DNA of 64,000 nucleotides from Acidimicrobiia bacterium (GTDB lineage Bacteria; Actinomycetota; Acidimicrobiia; Acidimicrobiales; Poriferisodalaceae): positions 3,577 through 67,576 of the forward strand of contig JAJDZE010000004.1 of NCBI GenBank assembly GCA_022824805.1, given 5' to 3'. Shown here one piece after another: positions 58,476 through 64,000 of the stretch. Every line of letters starts with the position of its first letter. Position 1 is the stretch's first letter. The notes below the pieces were generated by a model, which did not search any database, was not told the origin of the DNA, and worked only from the letters and a program-made list of their open reading frames with translations. The position numbers were made by a program, and so were the translations under genes.

Positions 58476-58614
58476 GCCCGCACGTCACACGATCTTGAGC
58501 CGTCAAGTAGCTTTCGCGGACTTGGCGGCCCAGCGCAGACGGCACACCGACGTGGTAGCCGGGCCGCCACGGCACGGCCACCGCGACTGCCGTTGCCGAA
58601 CAGGGGGGTGCTAG

Positions 58615-59559
58615 GTGCTTCGACTGCTGGCCAGTCGAGTTCTCGCGGCGATCCCGCTGATGCTCATGGTGGCCACGCTGGTGTTCTTCTTGGCCCAGCT
58701 CAACCCGGTCGACCCGGCAGCCACCATCATGGGCGACGACGCCGACTTGGAGTCGCTGGCTGAGAAGCGCGCCGAGCTGGGCATCGATCGCCCGCTCGTA
58801 GTGCAGTACTGGGACTGGCTGAACAGCGCCGTCGTCGGAGATCTCGGCACCAACTGGTTCAACGGCGAGCAGATCACCACCGAACTGCGCGACCGCATCC
58901 CGGTCACGCTGTCGATGGTGTTCGGGTCGCTGATCGTGGCGCTGGCCATCGGCAGCGCGTTCGGCGTGCTGGCGGCGCTCAAGGCCGGCAGATGGCCCGA
59001 CCGCACCATCACGGTCGCCTCATCGCTGGGGCTCGCGGTGCCCAACTTCTGGATCGGCCTGGTGCTCGCCTACTACGTCGGCGTCAAGCTGCAGTGGCTG
59101 CCGGCCATCTGGCCCACGACCCGGCCTGATTCGCTCGCCAGGTGGGTCGAAGCACTGATCCTGCCGTGCGTGGCACTGGGAATCTCGGCATCGGCGGCCA
59201 TCGCCAGGCAGGCCCGCTCGTCGATGATCGGGGTGCTCCAGCGCGACTACGTGCGCACAGCACTGGCCAAGGGACTGCCAGTGCGCCGCGTGGTCTCGCG
59301 TCACGCCGTCCGCAATGCGGCGATTCCGGTGGTGACGCTGGCGGGCTTCCAGACCTCGGCGCTGATCGGCGGGTCGATCTTCGTCGAGTTCGTGTTCAAC
59401 GTGCCCGGGCTCGGCCGGTTCGGTGTCGACGCCATCCTGCGCCAGAACATGCCCGCACTGCTCGGCTTCGTGATGGTCACTGCCGCGGTGGTCGTCGTGG
59501 TCAACATCGTGCTGGATCTCAGTTACGCCTGGCTGAACCCGAAGGTGAGGCCGGAGTGA
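58615..59559 (+). CDS. ABC transporter permease (DppB/OppB-like)
   Basis: 314 aa, 6 TM segments, BPD_transp_1-like region ...YVRTALAKGLP. Confidence 0.85.
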   Translation: MLRLLASRVLAAIPLMLMVATLVFFLAQLNPVDPAATIMGDDADLESLAEKRAELGIDRPLVVQYWDWLNSAVVGDLGTNWFNGEQITTELRDRIPVTLSMVFGSLIVALAIGSAFGVLAALKAGRWPDRTITVASSLGLAVPNFWIGLVLAYYVGVKLQWLPAIWPTTRPDSLARWVEALILPCVALGISASAAIARQARSSMIGVLQRDYVRTALAKGLPVRRVVSRHAVRNAAIPVVTLAGFQTSALIGGSIFVEFVFNVPGLGRFGVDAILRQNMPALLGFVMVTAAVVVVVNIVLDLSYAWLNPKVRPE

Positions 59560-61652
59560 GCGACGCGCTGGCAGGACTGGGCGGCGCTGGCGACGCAGAC
59601 GAGATTGCGAGCCCTGCGCCTGTGCCTGAGGAGTCGGCCGCGGGGGCCAACCGGAGCCGCTTCTGGGCACGCCTGCGGCGCAACAAAGTCGCTATGACCG
59701 GAGCGATCTACCTGGTAATCGTGGTGATAGCGGCAGTCTTCGCACCGCTGCTCACCTCGCACGACGAGACGTTCGCCACCCGCTTCCAGGACATCCTGTT
59801 CAGCCCGGGCGAGGCGGGCTATGTGCTCGGCACCGACCACGTCGGGCGGGACATCCTGACGCGCATCTTCTTCGGGGCGCGGTACGCCCTCATCGCGGGG
59901 GCCGAAGCCGTGCTGGTGGCGCTGGTCATCGGCGTTCCATTCGGGCTGGCCATCGGCTACTTCCGTGGCTGGGCCGACCGGATCGGGATGCGGTTCGTCG
60001 AGATCGTGGTGGCCGTGCCTGCCGTCGTGATGGCGATGGCCATCATCACCGGGCTGGGCACGGGACTCACCAACGCCATGCTGGCGATCGGCTTGGTGTT
60101 CTCGATGATCATCACCCGCCTGGTGCGGGCGGAAGTGTTCGCTGCCCGCGAGGAGTTCTACGTGGACGGCGCCCGAGCGGCGGGCGCCTCGGACCGGCGT
60201 GTCATGTGGCGGCACATCCTGCCCAATGTGGCGCCCCCGCTGATCGTGCAGACCACGCTGCTGTTCGCCCAGGCGGTGCTGGCCGAGGCGGCACTCAGCT
60301 TCTTGGGCATCGGCGCCGATGCCAGCCAGGCGAGCTGGGGCCGGATGCTGCGCGATGCAGAGCTCAGCATCGATCGCACGATCTGGCCGGCCATCCCGCC
60401 GGGGATCGCCATCTTCCTCACGGTGGTGGCGTTCAACGTCTTCGGCGATGGCTTGCGTGACGCATTCGCCCGAGAGGCCCGCGGCGGGCGGGTCGGCGTC
60501 GGCGACGTCGTGCCCAAAGCGCGCAGCGCAGCAGCGGCGCCTCCATGGCCGCCCGGCAGCGACGACCCCCTGCTGAGCCTGCGAGGGCTCGACATCGTGT
60601 TTCCCAAGCCCGGCGAGGGCACCGACATGACGGTCGTGAGCGATGTCTACCTCGACATCGGCCGGGGTGAGGTGATGGCGCTCGTCGGCGAGTCGGGTTC
60701 GGGCAAGACCATCACGGGACTGTCACTGATGGGCTTGGTGCCCGACCCGGGTCAGGCCAGCGCCGAGTCGATCGTGCTGGACGGCCGGGAACTGGTCGGG
60801 ATGGACTTCAACGATCTCCGATGGATCCGCGGCCGTGAGATCGGCATCATCTTCCAGGAGCCCTCGGCGGCGCTGAACCCTGCCTACACGGTCGGCCGAC
60901 AGGTTGCCGAACCGCTGCGGGTCCACTTGGGCATGTCGAAGCGCGAAGCCCGCGAGCGTGTGATCGAGCTGTTCACCGAAGTCGGCATACCCGACCCCCA
61001 CAAGCGCATCGACGCGTTCCCGCACCAGTTCTCCGGCGGCATGGCCCAGCGGGTCATGATCGCGATGGCGCTGTCGTGCGAACCGAAGCTGCTGATCGCG
61101 GATGAGCCCACGACGGCGCTGGACGTGACCGTGCAGGGCCAGATGCTCGATCTGGTGGGCGAGTTGGCCCGCTCGCGTGGCGTGTCGGTGCTGCTGATCA
61201 CCCATGACCTGGGTGTCGTGGCCGACCTGGCCGACCGGGTTGCGGTCATGTATGCGGGCGAGATCGTCGAGACGGGCCGCCTCGCCGATGTCTTCGCCAC
61301 GCCGCGCCACCCCTACACCGAAGGCCTCATTGCGGCGATCCCGCGCAACGAGCCGCGCTCGGGCGACCTGCCCACCATTCCGGGCGTGGTGCCCCCGCCG
61401 TGGGAATGGCCCGACCGGTGCCACTTCGCAGACCGCTGCCCGTATGAGGCACTCGAGTGCCGGCGCGGCCCCGTGGAGCTGAGGTCCATGGGAGCATCGC
61501 TCACACGCTGCGAGCGCAGTCACGAACTTGAATTGCGCGGCGTGCAGCACGTCGCCGTTGTCGGGATCGCTGGTCGGGAACGGCTATCCGGCGAGCCGAC
61601 AGCCGGCGGTGTGACGCCCGGCCTCCAGGCAGGCGATGGAGAGCCGGCGTGA
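59556..61652 (+). CDS. Fused ABC permease (DppC-like) plus ATP-binding domain (DppD-like)
   Basis: GTG at 59556 (GTGA overlap). The permease part has GTDHVGRDILTR...DGARAAGAS. About 40-aa linker, then Walker A GESGSGKT, signature FSGGMAQR, Walker B LLIADEPTTALD, all in one uninterrupted frame. Confidence 0.8.
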   Translation: MSDALAGLGGAGDADEIASPAPVPEESAAGANRSRFWARLRRNKVAMTGAIYLVIVVIAAVFAPLLTSHDETFATRFQDILFSPGEAGYVLGTDHVGRDILTRIFFGARYALIAGAEAVLVALVIGVPFGLAIGYFRGWADRIGMRFVEIVVAVPAVVMAMAIITGLGTGLTNAMLAIGLVFSMIITRLVRAEVFAAREEFYVDGARAAGASDRRVMWRHILPNVAPPLIVQTTLLFAQAVLAEAALSFLGIGADASQASWGRMLRDAELSIDRTIWPAIPPGIAIFLTVVAFNVFGDGLRDAFAREARGGRVGVGDVVPKARSAAAAPPWPPGSDDPLLSLRGLDIVFPKPGEGTDMTVVSDVYLDIGRGEVMALVGESGSGKTITGLSLMGLVPDPGQASAESIVLDGRELVGMDFNDLRWIRGREIGIIFQEPSAALNPAYTVGRQVAEPLRVHLGMSKREARERVIELFTEVGIPDPHKRIDAFPHQFSGGMAQRVMIAMALSCEPKLLIADEPTTALDVTVQGQMLDLVGELARSRGVSVLLITHDLGVVADLADRVAVMYAGEIVETGRLADVFATPRHPYTEGLIAAIPRNEPRSGDLPTIPGVVPPPWEWPDRCHFADRCPYEALECRRGPVELRSMGASLTRCERSHELELRGVQHVAVVGIAGRERLSGEPTAGGVTPGLQAGDGEPA

Positions 61653-62725
61653 GCGAGCCGCTGCTGCACATCGACGACGTGACGATCGTCTTCCCGGGCG
61701 GGCGTGGAGCGCTGCCGTGGCAGAAGCTGCCCGACGTCCGGGCGGTGCAGCATGTGTCGTTGCAGATCGGCGCCGGCGACACGCTCGGGCTCGTCGGGGA
61801 GTCGGGGTCGGGCAAGACCACGCTCGGCCGTGCCGTGCTGCGCTTCCTGCGTCCCGAGAGCGGATCGATCCGGCTGGGCGACTTCGACGTCACCGGATTC
61901 GGCCGTCAGGTGCCGACCGAGTATCGCAAGACCGTGCAGGTGGTGTTCCAGGACCCGGTCGGCTCGTTGAATCCTTCCATGGTGATCGGCGCGATCATTG
62001 CCGAGCCCTTGCGCATCCACTTCGGCATGGATTCGAGCGCTGCGCGGGAGCGGGCCGGCGAACTGCTCGAGCAGGTCGGGCTGCAGCGTCATCACCTCGA
62101 CCGGTACCCCCATGAGTTCTCAGGCGGCCAACGGCAGCGGATCGCGGTCGCCCGAGCCCTGGCGACCGAGCCGGATCTGCTGGTGCTGGACGAGCCCGTC
62201 TCGGCGCTGGACGTCTCCACCCAGAGCCAGGTCATCAACCTGCTCGAACGCCTGCAACGCGAGACCGGTGCGGCCTACCTGCTGATCGCCCACGACTTGG
62301 CGGTGGTGCGCCATACGTGTCACCGCATCGCGGTCATGTACCACAGCCGCGTCGTCGAACTCGGCGAGTCCGACGACATCTGCGAGCGCCCGGCGCATCC
62401 CTACACCGAGCTGCTGCTGGCGTCGATTCCCGACCCCGACCCTGCCGTGCAGCACGTCAAGTCGCAACGCCGCCGTGAGCTGGCCCAAGGCGTGGCGGGG
62501 GCCAGCGGGCGAGCGCCCACCGACAGCTGCCCGTTCGCCGAGCGATGCCCGCATGTGATGGACGTGTGCCGGGAGTCCTTCCCCGAGCCGATCCCCACGG
62601 CCGCAGGCGGGACAGTGTGGTGCCACCTGCACACCTGCGGTCCCGGGCTCGGAGGGCGTCCCGTGAGCGAACTGACCACCGAGTCGCGACCCCCTCAAAC
62701 ACCGGCACCCGACGCTGATGGCTGA
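61649..62725 (+). CDS. ABC transporter ATP-binding protein (DppF/OppF-like)
   Basis: GESGSGKTT, FSGGQRQR, LLVLDEPVSALD, C-terminal oligopeptide-type extension. Confidence 0.85.
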   Translation: MSEPLLHIDDVTIVFPGGRGALPWQKLPDVRAVQHVSLQIGAGDTLGLVGESGSGKTTLGRAVLRFLRPESGSIRLGDFDVTGFGRQVPTEYRKTVQVVFQDPVGSLNPSMVIGAIIAEPLRIHFGMDSSAARERAGELLEQVGLQRHHLDRYPHEFSGGQRQRIAVARALATEPDLLVLDEPVSALDVSTQSQVINLLERLQRETGAAYLLIAHDLAVVRHTCHRIAVMYHSRVVELGESDDICERPAHPYTELLLASIPDPDPAVQHVKSQRRRELAQGVAGASGRAPTDSCPFAERCPHVMDVCRESFPEPIPTAAGGTVWCHLHTCGPGLGGRPVSELTTESRPPQTPAPDADG

Positions 62726-64000
62726 GCGCAGCGGGTCCGACACGGGCCGTCAGAGTGCCGGCCGTCCGAACATCTTGTTCGTGTTCGTCGACAACCTCGG
62801 CTACGGCGAGTTGGGCTGCTACGGCGGCGGCGAGGTGCGGGGAGTGCCGACGCCGAACATCGATCGTCTGGCCGCTGAGGGCATGCGCCTCACCAACATG
62901 AACATGGAGGCCCAGTGCACGCCGTCGCGTTCGGCGGTGATGACTGGCCGCCTGCCGATCCGGTCCGGGACGATCCGCATCCCGCTTCCGGGCCAGCCGA
63001 GCGGTCTGACGCGCTGGGAGATCACGCTGGCCGAGCTGCTGTCCTCGCAGGGCTACCGCTGCGGGCACTACGGGAAGTGGCATCTGGGTGACGGGCCGGG
63101 ACGCCATCCGCACGAGCGGGGCTTCGACGAGTGGTGGGGCTTGACCGAGACACATGATTCGTCGTTGTGGTCCACCGAGGCGGGTTACGACCCCGCTGTG
63201 GTGCCTGCCGAGCAGCTGTTCGAGGGGCGCCGCGGCGGGCCGAGCACGCCCGTGGGCGACTACGACGTCACTCAGCGAGCGTTGTTCGACGCTGAGGCGT
63301 TCGGGCGGGGCGAAGATTTCATGCGTCGCTGCGTCTCTGACGGGCAGCCGTTCTTCGTGTACCTGCCGCTGGCATTCCCGCATTTCCCGACGCTGCCGCA
63401 CCCCGACTACGCCGGCGTCACCGGTCTCGGCGATTTTGCCGATGCCTTCCGCGAGACCGACGACCGGATAGGCCGCTTGGTCGGGGTGCTTGACGAGCTC
63501 GACATTGCCGGCGACACCTTGGTGATCTTCACGAGCGACAACGGCGCGGAGGACGTTCTGCCGTGGAGAGGCTGGACCGGTCCGTGGGGCGGCTCGTACT
63601 TCACCGCCATGGAGGGCAGCCTGCGGGTGCCGTTCATCGTCCGGTGGCCGGGCCGCATTCCCGCAGGACGGTCGAGCAACGAGCTGGCACACGCGACCGA
63701 CATCTTCACCACGCTGGCGAGGGTGGCCGGCGCCGAGGCCCCGACTGACCGGCCCATCGACGGCATCGACCTGATGCCGCTGTTGGGGGGCGCGTCGGAC
63801 AGATCCGGCCGTGAATCGGTGCTGTGCTTCGTGGCAGATCGGCTGCACGCCGTCAAGTGGCGCCACTGGAAGCTCCACTTCATCTGGCAGGAGTACATGG
63901 GCGACCCGCCGGTCGAGCTCAGCATCCCGCGAGCGTTCAATCTCTATGACGATCCCCGGGAACGCCACGACGTGTTCCTGCCGTCCAACACCTGGGTCCA
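62718..64000 (+). CDS. Arylsulfatase (Cys-type), 3' end beyond the window
   Basis: Absent from the ORF track because it is open-ended. ATG at 62718: MAERSGSDTGRQSAGRPNILFVFVDNLGYGELGCYGGG...EAQCTPSRSAVMTGR (CxPxR) ...FTSDNGAE...GSLRVPFIVRWPGRI. 8-nt overlap with the upstream ATPase gene. Confidence 0.8.
   Translation, partial: MAERSGSDTGRQSAGRPNILFVFVDNLGYGELGCYGGGEVRGVPTPNIDRLAAEGMRLTNMNMEAQCTPSRSAVMTGRLPIRSGTIRIPLPGQPSGLTRWEITLAELLSSQGYRCGHYGKWHLGDGPGRHPHERGFDEWWGLTETHDSSLWSTEAGYDPAVVPAEQLFEGRRGGPSTPVGDYDVTQRALFDAEAFGRGEDFMRRCVSDGQPFFVYLPLAFPHFPTLPHPDYAGVTGLGDFADAFRETDDRIGRLVGVLDELDIAGDTLVIFTSDNGAEDVLPWRGWTGPWGGSYFTAMEGSLRVPFIVRWPGRIPAGRSSNELAHATDIFTTLARVAGAEAPTDRPIDGIDLMPLLGGASDRSGRESVLCFVADRLHAVKWRHWKLHFIWQEYMGDPPVELSIPRAFNLYDDPRERHDVFLPSNTWV

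Noticed and set aside
59142-59555. The first 138 codons of the 836-aa ORF 59142..61652.
   Set aside because: They overlap the DppB-like permease in another frame and are Arg/Gly-rich. The GTG at 59556 with a GTGA stop-start overlap gives a normal DppC-like N-terminus.

Overview
This is a high-G+C window (roughly 65-70 % by eye, not computed). It looks actinobacterial: furA-katG, mycothiol/DinB-type enzymes, many LLM/F420-type oxidoreductases, leaderless-looking genes. An Acidimicrobiia-like marine lineage is only a guess. I found no rRNA, tRNA or CRISPR.

Content by region:
- 1-14.7 kb: an accessory stretch packed with toxin-antitoxin modules (DUF2442/DUF4160, RHH-MazF, BrnT/BrnA-like, Phd-VapC, a second PIN pair, a solitary Fic) mixed with housekeeping enzymes (udp, hydrolases, an enolase-superfamily enzyme).
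- 14.7-22.1 kb: a minus-strand, translationally coupled operon of DUF1214, a sulfotransferase-SDR fusion, cysD, cysNC and cysC (dedicated PAPS supply plus sulfotransferase).
- 22-43 kb: mixed redox and metal genes (copA, SDR, furA-katG, LLM oxidoreductases, a CoxL-like subunit, a CoA-transferase, TetR).
- 43-64 kb: a sulfate-ester utilisation supercluster with two TauD, two P450, two Cys-type arylsulfatases, one MBL alkylsulfatase, a double TetR and a Dpp/Opp-type ABC importer.

Main observations:
1. A low-GC 2.3-kb island (43.8-46.3 kb) is flanked by 135-bp direct repeats that duplicate the tauD 3' end. It carries a DUF3696-type ABC-like ATPase plus a PIN-like nuclease and is my best candidate for an undescribed two-gene defence system.
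2. Two paralogous PRX_like2 thiol-oxidoreductase genes (7161-8333 and 35592-36764, minus strand) are each interrupted by an in-frame TGA exactly at the first Cys of the CxxC motif (W-U-P-P-C). Each TGA is followed by a stem-loop at SECIS-like spacing, so these are probable selenoproteins that ORF callers split.
3. A type II R-M cassette (C5-methyltransferase plus a PD-(D/E)XK protein) and an Xre(DUF2384)-RES TA pair are likewise bracketed by diverged copies of the 3' end of the neighbouring core gene. Integrase-less cassettes flanked by gene 3'-end stubs therefore recur in this window.

All coordinates and motifs were read by eye from the sequence and ORF track. No database search or folding program was run.
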